A stretch of DNA of 63,939 bases, filler included, from Chiloscyllium plagiosum (lineage: Eukaryota), in assembly GCF_004010195.1 (NCBI RefSeq). It is 5 parts of 2 records of this genome, joined end to end, with 100 filler letters (N's around TTAATTAATTAA, not from the genome) between each part and the next. Parts side by side here need not be neighbours in the genome. Positions count along the whole stretch, not along the records: positions 1 to 22,717 come from NC_057715.1; 4 more parts are not named here. The stretch is one strand, 5' to 3'. The notes beneath the pieces were generated by a model that ran no database searches, had not been told where the DNA came from, and saw only the letters and a list, made by a program, of their open reading frames with translations. Position numbers and translations under genes: made by a program. Positions 1 to 11,940 of this stretch are shown here, piece after piece (within the stretch, counting starts at the first letter, position 1; each line of letters begins with the position of its first letter).

Positions 1-790
1 GAGGTGCTGCATTTTGGGAAAGCAAATCTTAGCAGGACATATACACTTAATGGTAAGGTCCTCGGGAGTGTTGCTGAACAAAGTGACCTTGGAGTGCAGG
101 TTCATAGCTCCTTGAAAGTGGAGTCGCAGGTAGATAGGATAGTGAAGAAGGTGTTTGGTATGCTTTCCTTTATTGGTTAGAGTATTGAGTACAGGAGTTG
201 GGAGGTCATGTTACGGCTGTACAGGACATGGGTGAGGCCACTGTTGGAATATTGCATGCAATTCTGGTCTCCTTCCTATCGGAAAGATGTTGTGAAACTT
301 GAAAGGGTTCAGAAAAGATTTACAAGCATGTTGTGAGGGTTGGAGGATTTGAGCTCTAGGGAGAGGCTGAACAGGCTGGGGCTGTTTTCACTGGCGCGTC
401 CGAGGCTGAGGGATGACCTTATAGAGGTTTACAAAATGATGAGGAGCATGGATAGGAATAACTAGACAAAGTCTTTTCCCTGGGGTCGGGGAGTCCAGAA
501 CTAGAGGCCATAGGTTTAGGATGAGAGGGGAAAGATATAAAAGAGACCTGTGGGGCAACGTTTTCACTTTGAGGGTGGTAAGTGTATGGAATTAGCTGCC
601 AGAGGATGCGATGGAGGCTGGTACAATTGCAGCATTTAAGAGGCATTTGGATGAGATACAAATAGGAAGGGTTTGGAGGAATATAGGCTGGGTGCTGGCA
701 AGTGGGACTAGATTGGGTTGGGATATCTGGTCGGCATGGACAGATTGGACTGAAGGGTCTGTTTCTAAGCTGAACATCTCTATGACTCTA
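1..790 (+). mobile_element. CR1 (HER1-like) LINE 3' end
   Basis: RT C-terminal CR1 sequence and 3' UTR ending in CTCTATGACTCTA. Same family as 22818-22980, 26018-26620, 35397-35871 and minus-strand copies. Confidence 0.9.
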
Positions 791-938
791 TCAGGAGGGC
801 TTCCTGATGAAGGGCTTTTGCCCGAAATGTCGACGTTCCTGATGAAGGTTTTTTGCCTGAAACATCGACTCTCTTGCTCCTCGGATGCTGCTGACCTGCT
901 GTGCTTTTCCAGCACCACACTCTCAACTCTGATCTCCA
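791..938 (+). mobile_element. Short PLE-derived insert with two tandem hammerhead motifs
   Basis: Cores at 804-831 and 839-866, followed by the family tail (GGATGCTGCTGACCTGCTGTGCTTTTCCAGCACCAC). Confidence 0.8.
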
Positions 939-3228
939 GGCAATCTTTAGGGTGCACAGGATGGAGAAGGAAACTGCAGGGGATGGAGACACTTAATATG
1001 TGGAGCTTATTCAAGGAACAGCTACTGTGGGTCCTTGATAAGTGTCTACCTGTGAAGCAGGGAGGTAGTTGTCAAGAGATGGAGCCATGGCTTACTAAAG
1101 AAGTTGAAGCTCTTGTCAAGAGGAAGAAGAAGGCTTATGTGAGGATGAGAAATGAAGGCTCAGTTAGAGGGCTTGAGAGTTATAGGTTAGCCAGAAAAGA
1201 TCTAAAGAGAGGGCTAAGAAGAGCCAGGAGAGGACATAAGAAGTTGTTGGCAGATAAGATCAAGGAAAACCCTGAGGCCTTCTATAGGTATATCAGGAAT
1301 AAAAGAATGACTAGAGTAAGATTAGGGCCACAATAGTGGAAAGTTGTGTGTGGAATCTGAGGACATAGGGGAAGCACTTAATGAATACTTTTCGTCAGTA
1401 TTCACATTGGAAAAAGACAATGTTAGTGAGAATATGGAGATACAGGGTACAATATTAGATGAAATTGAGGTTGACAAAGAGAAAGTTTTAGCAAATTTGG
1501 AAGATCTGAAAATAGATAAGACCCCTGGGTTGGATGGGATTTATCCTCGGATTCTCTGGAAAGCTAGGGAGAAGATGGCTGAGCCTCTGTCTTCGATGTC
1601 ATCATTGTCTACAGGAGTAGTGCCAGAAGACTGGAGGATAGCAAATGTTGTTCCCTTGTTTAAGAAGGGGAATCGGGACAACCCTGGTAATTCTAGGCCA
1701 GTGAGCCTTACTTTGGTTGTGGGTAAGGTGTTGAACAGATAGGATGTATAATCATCTGGGAAGGAATAATTTGATTAGGGATAGTCCACACAGTTTTATG
1801 ATGGGTAGGTCGTACCTCACTAACCTTATTGAATTCTTCAAAAAGGTGACAAAACAGGTGGATGAAGGTAAAGTGGTTGATGTGATACGCATTTCAGTAA
1901 GGCATTTGATAAGGTTCCACACGGTGGGCTATTGCACAAAATACGGACTTTCGAAAATTGAAGGTGATGTCGTAGTTTGGACCAGCAATTGGCTAGCTGA
2001 AAGAAGACAGAGGGTGGTAGTTGATGGAAATGAAGCTCAGTTACCAGTGGTGTGCCGCAAGGATCTGTTTTAGGGCTTCTGCTGTTAGTCATTTTTGTAA
2101 ATGATCTGAATGTGGGAATAGAAGGATGGGTTAGTAAATTTGCAGATGACACTAAGGTATGGATAGTGCCAAAGGATGTTGTGGGTTACAGAGGGACATA
2201 GATAAGATGCAGAGCTGGGCTGAGAAGTGGCAAATGGAATTTAACACAGAAAAGTGTGAGGTAGTTCACTTCAGAAAAAGTAACAGGCATGCAGCGTACT
2301 GGGCTAATGGTAAAATTCTTGATTTGGAGATGCCGGTGTTGGACTGGGGTGTACAAAATTAAAAATCACACAACACCAGGTTATAGTCCAACAGGTTTAA
2401 TTGGAAGTACACTAGCTTTCGGAGCGACACCTGATGAGAAGGAGCGTCGCTCCGAAAGCTAGTGTACTTCCAATTAAACCTGTTGGACTATAACCTGGTG
2501 TTGTGTGATTTTTAACTTGGTAAAATTCTTGGCAGTATAGATGAATAGAGAGGTCTTGGTGTCTTGGTGCATAAATCCCTGAAAGTTGCCACCCAGGTTG
2601 ATAGGGTTGTTAAGAAGGCATATGGTGTGTTGGTGTTTATTGGTAGGGGGATTGAGTTGCAGAGCCACAAGATCATGCTTCAGCTATACAAGACACTGGT
2701 AATGCTACACCTGGAGTGCAGTTCTGGTCACCACATTATAGAAGGATCTGGAAGTGTTGGAAAGGGTTCAGAAGAGATTTACTAGGATGTTGCCTGATAT
2801 AGAAGGAAAGTCTTATGAGGAAAGGCTGAGGGAACTGAGGCTGTTTTTGTTGAAGAGAAGGAGGTTGAGAGGTGAATTAATCAAGACGTATAAGATAATC
2901 AGAGGGTTAGATAGGATGGACAGTGAGACCCTTTTTCCTCGGATGGTGAAGGCTAACACGAGAGGACTTAGCTTTAAATTGAGGGGTGATAGATTTAGGA
3001 CAGATATCAGGGGTAGTTCCTTTACTCAGAGAGTAGTAGGGGCTTTGAAAGGCTTGCCTTTAACAGTAGTAGACTTGCCAACGTTAAGGACATTTAAATG
3101 GCCATTGGATATACAACTGGATAATAATGGGATGGTGTAGGTTAGATGGGCGTCAGATTATTTTCACAGGTCGGCACAACATTGAGGGCCGAAGGGCCTG
3201 AACTGCGCTGCAACATTTTATGTTCTAT
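939..3228 (+). mobile_element. 5'-truncated CR1 LINE ORF2 (frameshifted) with 3' tail
   Basis: KTPGLDGIYPRIL, VPEDWRIANVVPLFKKG, LTNLIEFF, FADDTK, WAEKWQMEFN, ERVQKRFTRM. Tail TATGTTCTAT. Confidence 0.93.
2322..2517. mobile_element. Palindromic short PLE-derived insert with hammerhead motif, inside a CR1
   Basis: Perfect 70-bp inverted repeat (2359-2428 / 2446-2515). 14-bp TSD TGGTAAAATTCTTG at 2308-2321 and 2518-2531. Core CTGATGA..GGAGC-GTC-GCTCC-GAAA-GCTA. Confidence 0.85.
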
Positions 3229-3489
3229 AACTTCAGGGCAAAAGTAAGGACTGCAGATGCTGGATATCAGAGTCTAGATTAGAGTGGTGCTAGAAAAGCA
3301 CAACAGGTCAGGCAGCATCTGAGGAACAGGAAAATCAACGTTTCGGGCAAAAACCCTTCATCAGGAATTTCATCAGCCCTTATATAACTTCAACCAGGAA
3401 TCAAACCATAATGTTAGCATCACTCTGGATTGTGGAGTGGACATTCACCCAACTGAGCACCAAAGCTGCACATCCAACACTTTTCAAAC

Positions 3490-3860
3490 ACAAACTGGGG
3501 TGTTCTCCTAAATATTCCAGTCAATATTTACCCCTCAACTCATATATAAACACATTGCCTGGTTATTATCACATTGCTGTTTTTGGGAACTTGCTGTGCT
3601 CAAATTTGCTGTGTTATTTCCCACAATTACAACAGTGGCAATACTTCAAAAAGTAGTTCTGAAGTAGGGTCACAGTACTCGAAATGTTAATTCTGCTTTC
3701 TTGCCGCAGAAGCTGTTGGACCTGCTGTGTTTTTCTAGCCATTTCTGTTTTTATTTCAGATTTCCAGCACCCTCAGTTCTTTGTTTCATCATGTAGTATT
3801 TCATTCACTATAAAGTATTTTGGGACACCCTGGGATTGTGAATAAAACTATATAAATGCA
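3490..3860 (+). mobile_element. Deu-domain SINE (SacSINE1/AmnSINE-like) relic; more at ~9230-9445, 25150-25460, 47620-47750, 50670-50815
   Basis: Recurrent TTGCTGTG..AAATT.GCTG..TTACAACAGTG..ACTTCAAAA..TAAAG..TTTGGGA..TATATAAATGCA segment. Family name assigned from recall. Confidence 0.5.
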
Positions 3861-4320
3861 GTTTACAGTACAGTCCACCCTGGATGTGCAGGAGGGGATT
3901 TTAACAGAGTCTTTGCACATTCTGCAAATGGAAGAAGGGGACTTGCAAATGCCTTGCCTCATGGTAAATAGCTTTTATATTTTCTGGGTTTAGGCAAATA
4001 GGATGTATCTCTACAGGGAGATAGAGCATACTGCATTTCAGGCAAACATTAAACCTACTTAAGTGGATTTCTGAGTCCAATGGTTTGGGGGTTCTTAAAA
4101 CTGGCTGTGTTTATTCAGACTGCTCCCAGGAGAATTCCAATTACACTCATCACTCACATTCAGCTGTCACCCCTGGCAACGTGTGGCAACGACTAGCTCA
4201 GGGAAAAATAATTCCCCGTTAATTATTTGTTTTCCATCTGGTGCAGGCTGGATTGAGTGAGGAGAGGAAGGGGTCTCCGACTTTCCAAGTCCCAAAACAG
4301 CTGCTCTCGTGTGCTTTAAT

Positions 4321-4597
4321 TGTGTGTGAGAGAAAGATAAATGGGAGTGTGTGCCTGTGTGTGCACATGTATCCACATGCATGCGTGTGTGTCTGTATTT
4401 GAGAACATGTATGCCTGTGTCTGTGTGTAAGTCGGAATGTGTGTATGAGAACATGCGTGTGTGTGCGCATATGAATTGGGTTAGCGTGCATACGTGTGTG
4501 TCAATAGTGGCATTTCTGTGAGTGGGCATGTGTGAAAACATGTGAGTGTTTGCATGTGAGTGAGTGCTAGTGTATGTGTGTTTGTGTGTGTGTGACT
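4321..4597. repeat. Degenerate (TG)n-rich microsatellite
   Basis: Visible GT/CA-rich low-complexity sequence. Confidence 0.9.
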
Positions 4598-5199
4598 GTG
4601 AAAATATGCAACTATTGTTCTTGTCTGGTAGCCTGCAGTCCCATCTGTTTCCTATTCATTTTCATTCTCTTTACAATGCCTGATTTTTCCCAATTCCTCC
4701 TTCCTAATCACTTTATATATTTCTTTACCTCAATGTTTGATTTTCTCAATACCTTTGTCTCTCTCCTGTTTAATGTATCATATGTGTATATTTCTGGTTC
4801 TGCCTTTTGCACTGAGCCACATAAGGAGTTTTTAGGAGATAAGACTAAAGTTTACAGTGAGATTTAAGAGAGAGAGAGAAGGAGGAGGGATATCTAGAAA
4901 CTAAAGTGTGGTCCAGCAGTAATGATAGATGGCACTAGTGGACTGACTGAAATCAGGGAAGAATTGAGGAAGTGCAAAGATCTCAATCTGAGAGAGTTGT
5001 TGGAGTAAAGGTGATAACCGAGATAAAGAGAAGTGAAGTTGCAGAGATATTTGGGTGTAAAATGATGCTTTTAATGCAAGAGTATTCCCATACGAGGAAC
5101 CAACGTAGCTCAGTGAGTGGAGCGAATGGTTTATCTCTTATAAGTTTCGGACCGAGGTTAGTTTGTGCACGTAGTTGGGTTTTTCTTTATAATTTCTTC

Positions 5200-6275
5200 C
5201 ACTTCACAGAACATCTACGCTTTCTCTCCAAAAAAGACCCAAAGCTTCCTGTTGTCTGCCACTTTAACACCCCACCCTGGTTCCCTGGCCAACATCTCTG
5301 TCTCAGGTTTGCTGCAGGGCTCCAGTGCAGCTCAGCACAAGCTGGAAGAATAATGCTTCATTTTCCACTTGGGAATTCTACAGCCTTCTGGACTCAGTAT
5401 TGAGTTCAACCATTTTAGGGCTTGAGAACCTTCTCCATGTCCTTACCTCAACCCTCACACACCAGGCCTTGTTATCACATGGGGTGGGAGGATTCGAAGG
5501 GGAAATTGTTAAGGGTGAGGACCAGTTCAGCCAAATGAATGAGAGTGTCGGGTGGCAGGGTACTGTTGGGGACGTCGGGAGATGAAGAAACGGAGGGCTT
5601 GGAGGCCCTGGTCATGGCGGATGGAGGTGTAGAGGGATTGGGTGTCCATAGTGAAGTTGAAATGTTAGGGGCCGGGGAAACGGAAGTCTTGGAGGAGGTG
5701 GAGGGCATGGGTGGTGTCTCGAACGTATGTGGGGAGTTCCTGGACTGGGGGGGGATAGGACAGTATCGAGGTAGGTAGAGGTGGGTTCGGTGGGGCAGGA
5801 GCAGGCTGATAGAATGGGTCGGCCGGGGTGGTCAGGCTTGTGAATCTTGAGAAGGAAGTAGAATCGGGCAGTGTGAGGTTCCCAGTCCTGATGAAGGGCT
5901 TTTGCCTGAAATATCGATTTTCCTGCTCCTCGGATGCTGCCTGACCTGCTGTGCTTTTCCAGCACCACTCTAATCTAGACTCTGATTTCCAGCATCTGCA
6001 GTCCTCACTTCCGCCTTGTTATCACATGGTCTGCTATTACACACAAATTGTTTGACACTAATAGTCCCCATTAGCTATTCACTCTTCCAAGCTGACCATG
6101 ATCCACTCCTTTGTCTATCCAACTGTTCCTCTCTCTCTTTGGGCCCCATCTCCATCAATCAGTTACCCCTTACCCTCTTCACCCACCCTATCTTCTGCAT
6201 AAAAAAACAACTTTTTCTAAGCTACCATCAGTTCTGTGGAAGGGTAACTGGACTCAAAATGTTAACTCTGATTTG
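5200..6275 (+). mobile_element. Older Penelope-like 3' end (GIY-YIG tail plus terminal repeat), interrupted by the 5483-6012 insertion
   Basis: PVVCHFN...KLEE.(x)FIFHLG.LQPSGL.IEF resembles the PLE GIY-YIG C-terminus. Degenerate hammerhead-like terminus at ~6232-6265. Confidence 0.65.
5483..6012. mobile_element. Penelope-like insertion: inverted RT fragment (5483-5886, minus) joined to a hammerhead-bearing terminal repeat (5887-6012, plus)
   Basis: RT part (FYFLLKIHKPDHPGRPI..SACSCPTE; HLAELVLTLNNF) is homologous to the 21914-22717 element. Flanked by a 17-bp TSD GCCTTGTTATCACATGG at 5466-5482 and 6013-6029. Confidence 0.85.
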
Positions 6276-6927
6276 ACATAGAAACATAGAAGATAGGAGC
6301 AGGAGGAGGTCATTCGGCTCTTCGAACCTGGTCCGCCATTCATCACAATCATGGCTAATCATCCAATTCAATAGCCCAATCCTGCTTTCTCCCCATAACC
6401 TTTGATCCCATTCCCACCAAGTGCTATACCTAGCCGCCTCTGGAATACATTCAATGTTTTGGCATCAACTACTTCCTGTGGTAATGAAATCTACAGGCTC
6501 ACCACTCTCTGGGTGAACATCTGTCTCTCATCTCCATCCTAAATGGTCCATGCTGAATCCTTATACTGTGACCCCTGGTTCTGGATACACCTATCATCGG
6601 GAACATCCTACCCTGCCCAGTCCTGTTAGAATTTTATAAGCCTCTATGAGATCCCGCCTCATTCATCTGAACTTCAACGAAAATGATCCTAACCTAGCCA
6701 ATCTCTCCTCATATGTCAGTCCCACTATCCCTGGAATCAGCCTGGTAAACCCTCACTGTGCTCCCTCAATAGCAAGAGTATCCTTTCTCAGAAAAAGAGA
6801 CTAAAACTGCACCCAATGTTCTAGGTGTGGCCTCAGCAGGGCCTTGTATAACCACAACAACACATCCCTGCTCCTGTACTCAAAACGTCTCGCAATGAAG
6901 GCCAACATCTCCCATTTGCCTTCTTTA
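6276..6927 (-). mobile_element. CR1 LINE 3' fragment
   Basis: Reverse-complement CR1 3' region starting at the ACATAGAAACATAGAA tail. Confidence 0.8.
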
Positions 6928-7799
6928 CCCAGATGCTGCCAGACCTGCAGAGTTTCTCCAGCAATTTCTGGTTTTGTTTCTGAATGCTGAAATCTACAAG
7001 AAAATCTAACACAAAATGGGAGCTTCTTCCAAATAAGGACTCATCACCGCACAAAGCAAGTTGAGGGGGACCCCAGTCCTTGGGTTACAAGAATCCACTT
7101 GACTCCTGTTCTCCCAATCTACAAGATGTAAATGCTCAAACACAAAGCTTATGGTTGCTTGTGCTCATGGTGTTCCTGCACCAGCAGATCTCTATCATCA
7201 TTCCTTAAACATTCCGCAGTTTGCAAATCCAAACAAGCACTGGACCATTTCGACTCTCCAATTTACTTCCCCATTCAGTGAGATTGCGGCTGATGTGATT
7301 GTGGCTTCAACTCCATATTTGCCGATAAATCAGTGCAGAAGGAGGCCATTTGGCTCATTTGGTAAGCACTAACCCTCCAAAGAGGATCCCACCCAGATCA
7401 AGACCACTACTGTATTGCTGTACCCCCACATTTAAAATAATAAATCCACTTAGCTACACATCCCTGGACATTATTGACAACTTGGGGAAATGAAGAACAT
7501 TCCAGTTGGCTTAGGAATGCATGAAGATGGAAACAGCACTATACCAATGGTAGGAGTTGGAGGGTGGGCTGGTTTTGAGGGTATATGATGAAACCATCAC
7601 TGAAGAAGGCCAATCATCCCATCAGGGTCGTGCAGCTTTCCCAAGGACCAGTCTTAGAGAGCTGAGTGGCCGACTATTTGACCAGTCATTTGTTTGTATG
7701 TGTCAGTGATCCAGTCAATCCCAATCCCTGTTCCACACATCCCGTCCCCCTTGAACACCAGAGACCCTTAAAGTTGGTTCTCTTGAAAATATCCATAGA

Positions 7800-8150
7800 G
7801 GGAGACGATGGCCTGGTGATATTACTACTGGACTGTTAATCCAGAAACCCAGGGAATGTTCTGGGGAGCAAGGTTCAATACCTGCCATGGCAGAAGGTGG
7901 AATTTAAATTCAATAATTTCTTTAAAACTTTAAATTAATAGTCTAATGTTGACCATGAATTCATTGTTGATTGTTGGAAAAGCCCATCTGGTTCCCTAAT
8001 GCACTTAAGGGAAGGAAACTGCCATCCTTACCTGGTCTGACCTACATTGACTCCAGACCCCCAGCAATGTGTTTGTCTCTTAACTGCCCTCTGGACAGTA
8101 AATGCTGGCCTCGCCAGCGATGTCCTCATCCCATGAATGAATAATAAAAA
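7800..8150 (+). mobile_element. tRNA-like SINE of a second family; relics also at ~23690-23990, 44555-44950, 51800-52030, 53500-54010, 61730-61990
   Basis: A/B-box-like head, body CCCATCTGGTT..AGGGAAGGAAA..CTCCAGACCC repeated across the window, A-rich end. Confidence 0.6.
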
Positions 8151-11100
8151 AAGGTTTTATAATTATTAAGTAGTTAAGTCCTTCTTCCCTCGTGGGCTGT
8201 GAGTGGATGAAATTAGACTTGTGAATCAATATGCCCCTACTCTACTGCCAATATCTTGATAAGGAATAAACGGAAAAATGTTTAAAAAAAACAATTCCGT
8301 TTAATGATTCAATGGCCTTGCTCTGGGTTTCGGTCACAGTAGAGCCCTGGAGATTAGTCTTTGACTCCTGGAGTCTTCAGGGTGTTCCTGGAGATGTTGG
8401 GAACCTGATCCTTTGGGAAATAGTGGAGTCTTGCCCTAACCCAGGTGGCGCCAGGTCTCTGGATTCTGATTAACCTCCCACCTCTAATTCCAATGGGAGA
8501 CCAGGAAAATGTCAATGGCTTGATGCTGGAATGAGATACCATTACTCCAATGCATAACACATCACAGCATAACACCAAATCCAGAATCTCCACTGAAGGA
8601 TCCAACAAGAGAGATAACTATGTAGGAATACAATTTAACAAACGCCAAAATGACTAAAGCACAGCAACTACAACTATAGGAACACAAGATCTAGGAGCAC
8701 AAGTAGACCATTTGGCTCCTCGAGCCTGCTACACCATTTAATGTGATATTTAAACATACCATTCATCATATGCATTTGTTGTCTGTGTCTGTTTTTGTTT
8801 GTACTCAGTACAATTCCAGTTAGTACAGAATTGCCCCTGGTTTCAAACTGCTATATCAGAGGAGATGGAAGAGGATTTACAAATATATAAGACAGATGTC
8901 AGAGGCAGGTTCTTTACACAGAGAGTGGTAAGGGCGTGGACTGTCCTACCTGCTAATGTAGTCAACTCAGCCACATTAGCGAGATTTAAATAATCATTAG
9001 ATAAGCACATGGATGATTTTGGGATAGTGTTGGAGGATGAGCTGAGAATAGTTCACAGGACGGTGCAACATCAAGGGCCAAAGGGCTTCTTCTGCACTGT
9101 ATTGTTCTATGTTCCATGTTCTATAATATGGTGGGATCATATTTTTCCATGGCACTACCCCTCTCTATTTTGCCACTATCAGTCATGTCAGGCAGGAGCT
9201 GAGTTGGCAGCGCAGTATACAATCTAGAAGATGCCCTGACAATAAATATGTCTCAACTGACATCCAAAAAAACAGATAATCTGGTCATTAAGTTGTTGCT
9301 GTTTCATGTGGGATCTTGCTGTGCGCACATTCATCGTTGTGTTTCCTGCCTCGCAGCAATTTCTACACTTCAAACAAACACTTCATTGGTCATCGAGCAT
9401 CTTTAGAAGTCCAGAAGTGTGGAAAGCATAACATAACTGCATTATTTATTTTATTAACCCTCTCCAATGCCTTAATCCTCAAAATATTTGCCTCTTGAGC
9501 ATCACCAGTTTCAGTCTCACCAACATTGATGGACAGGCCATTGGCTGGAACGATCTACAGAACAGAAAAAGGCCCTTCAGCCCATCGAGTCTGCATTGGT
9601 TGAGTATCATCACCCCACTATTCTAATCCCATTTCCAGAACTTGGCCCAGAGCCTCGTAATCACAAATACACATCTAAATATCGGTCTATTAAATGCTCC
9701 TAACTTCTGAAGAGCATCGACCTGGACCCAACCCCTACCTTATCACTGTAACCCCACTTTTCCTAAGCCTAATCCACCTAGTCTACATATCCCTCGACAC
9801 TATGAACCATTTAGCATGGCCAAGCCATCTAACCTGCACATCTCTGGACTGCAGGAAACCAGAGCACCAGATGGAAATCCACGCAGACACAGGGAGAATG
9901 TGCGAACTCCACACAGACAGTCACCTGAGGTTAGGATCATACCCAATCTGTGGTGCTGTGAGGCAGCAATGCTAACCATTTAGCCACCGTACTTCCCTTC
10001 AATATCCTGCAATGTTATGATGGTTCCTGCCTCTACCATCCTTACATGCATCAATCAGTCCATGCTACTATCACATTTCACACCTTGGTGTCATGCTTTA
10101 TATCATAATGCTCCTGTGTAGATCCTTGTGAAGTTTAATTTGATCGTCCCTCCATCATAATGGCAGAAATGGGATGTTCGCTGATAATTGCACAATGTTC
10201 AGCACCATTTGCTACTCCTTAGATACTAGAGCAGTGCAATACCCAAATGCATCAAAACCTGGACAATATCCAGTTTGGGGCTGACAATTGGCAAGTAACT
10301 GTTGCACCCCAAAAATACCAGGCAATGACTATCTTCAACAAAAGAGAATCTAACAACCCCTTTCTGGCATTCAATGGCGTTACCATCACGGAAGCCCCCA
10401 CTGTCAACATCCTGGGGAGGTTTCTTACCAACTGCAGACTCCTCTGAAGCCCATGCAACATAGCGATTTCTGTAATCAGAAGTCAACGCTGTGATCAGTG
10501 GGTTGATGCAGATTACTGTGAAGGGCTGAGGACATGTGTGGCCTGGATGGGACATTGGTTACCACTGACCAGGGATTGGACTGGATTCGCCATGCAATTA
10601 TTGCAGCTACAACGGCAGGAATACTACAGCGAGTATCTTAACCTGTGACTCCCCAGAGCTGTCTACCACTTACAAGACAGGAGTATGATGGAATATTGCC
10701 CACCTACCTGGCTGAGTGTGGTTCCAACAACAGGAAGCTCAACACCATCCAGGACATAATGGCCTACTTTATTGAGAGCCAAACCACCACCTTCAATAAA
10801 CGCACACACCACCACTGTTGTACAGTAGCATTGGTCTCTCACACCTACAAGATACATTGCAGCATCCCACTAAGGCTCCTTTAACAGTACCTTTCAAATC
10901 CATGGCCTCTACCATTCAGAAGGACAAGAGCAGCAGATACATAGGAACACCACTCCCTTCAAGTTCCCCTCCAAGCCACTCACCATCCTAATTTGGAAAT
11001 ACAGGTATATCACTTTTCCTTTAGAGTCACGCAACCCCGAAACAGACCATTCAGTCCAACTTGCCCATGCTAACTAGGTTACCCAAACTAGACTAGTCCC

Positions 11101-11878
11101 ATTTACCTGCATTTGGCCCATATCCGTCTAAACCTTTCCTATTCATGTACATGTCCAAATGTCTTTTAAATGTTGTGACTGTACCTGCGTTTGGCTAAGT
11201 CCAAAATTATAGTACTCCCTCCACGTCAGGTGTTCCTATATTATAAAGAACAGCGATAGTTCAAGAATGCAACTCACTTTCTCAAGGGCAGCTATGGATG
11301 GGCAATAAATGCATAAGATAGAGAGATTTAGGGAAGGAATTCAGGAATTTGGGTTCTTGCAATATCCCATGAACCAATTTTTTTTAAAAAACTGATTGCA
11401 CGTTGGAAATTGCTGTTGTCGTTAAGACTTCCTTCTGGTATGAATCCGAGATGCCATAAGGCCATTAGAGTTCCTGCACGAATGCAATTTCTTTCTTTCT
11501 TATCGAACCACTCATTACTCGTTTCTCATTGTCGCCTCTCCAGCTTTCCCAATGCATTTCAAGTATTTTCCACTCCCTTGAGCACAGTGTCGTGTCACCC
11601 CCTGCTTCCGACCTGCCCTGACATCTCATTGCTGAATTATTCAACTGCATCTGTTCCAGCCAGCGAGCGTTCAGTGACTGGTTTACTCCTAGACTATTCA
11701 TTTTATGGTTCTGGTTTGACAAGATTCCCCACCCTCCCCTAGCACATGTTCTGCTAATGCAGTAGTAACACTTCAAGAAGTGTCAGGCAGACACTGCATT
11801 CAGTTCCCTGCTTTAAATAAGATGAAATGAAAGTAAAGGTTTGCCGTTTCAACTTTCCTGTTCTTCGTACATTATTAG

Positions 11879-11940
11879 ATGAGCTATTAAACTCACAAAC
11901 TTCAGTGAGAAAAGAGAATGTGATACTCAATCAGAATAAG
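11879..11940 (+). CDS. Candidate coding exon of an unidentified gene
   Basis: Pyrimidine tract plus TAG acceptor and AAG|GTAGGG donor. Only one frame is open (ELLNSQTSVRKENVILNQNK). Unique sequence; no homology recognised. Confidence 0.25.

Noticed and set aside
611..1336. 241-aa ORF as a chimeric gene
   Set aside because: Chance read-through of a CR1 tail, a PLE insert and a second CR1; no splice or promoter support.
2359..2515. Hairpins as miRNA genes, CRISPR repeats or terminators
   Set aside because: They are interspersed TSD-flanked mobile inserts in a vertebrate genome; no repeat-spacer array or bacterial context.
4167..4867. His/Thr- or Cys/Val-rich ORFs (also 56509-57165, and Ser/Pro/Leu-rich ones at 58325-58817)
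   Set aside because: Translations of microsatellite or low-complexity DNA.
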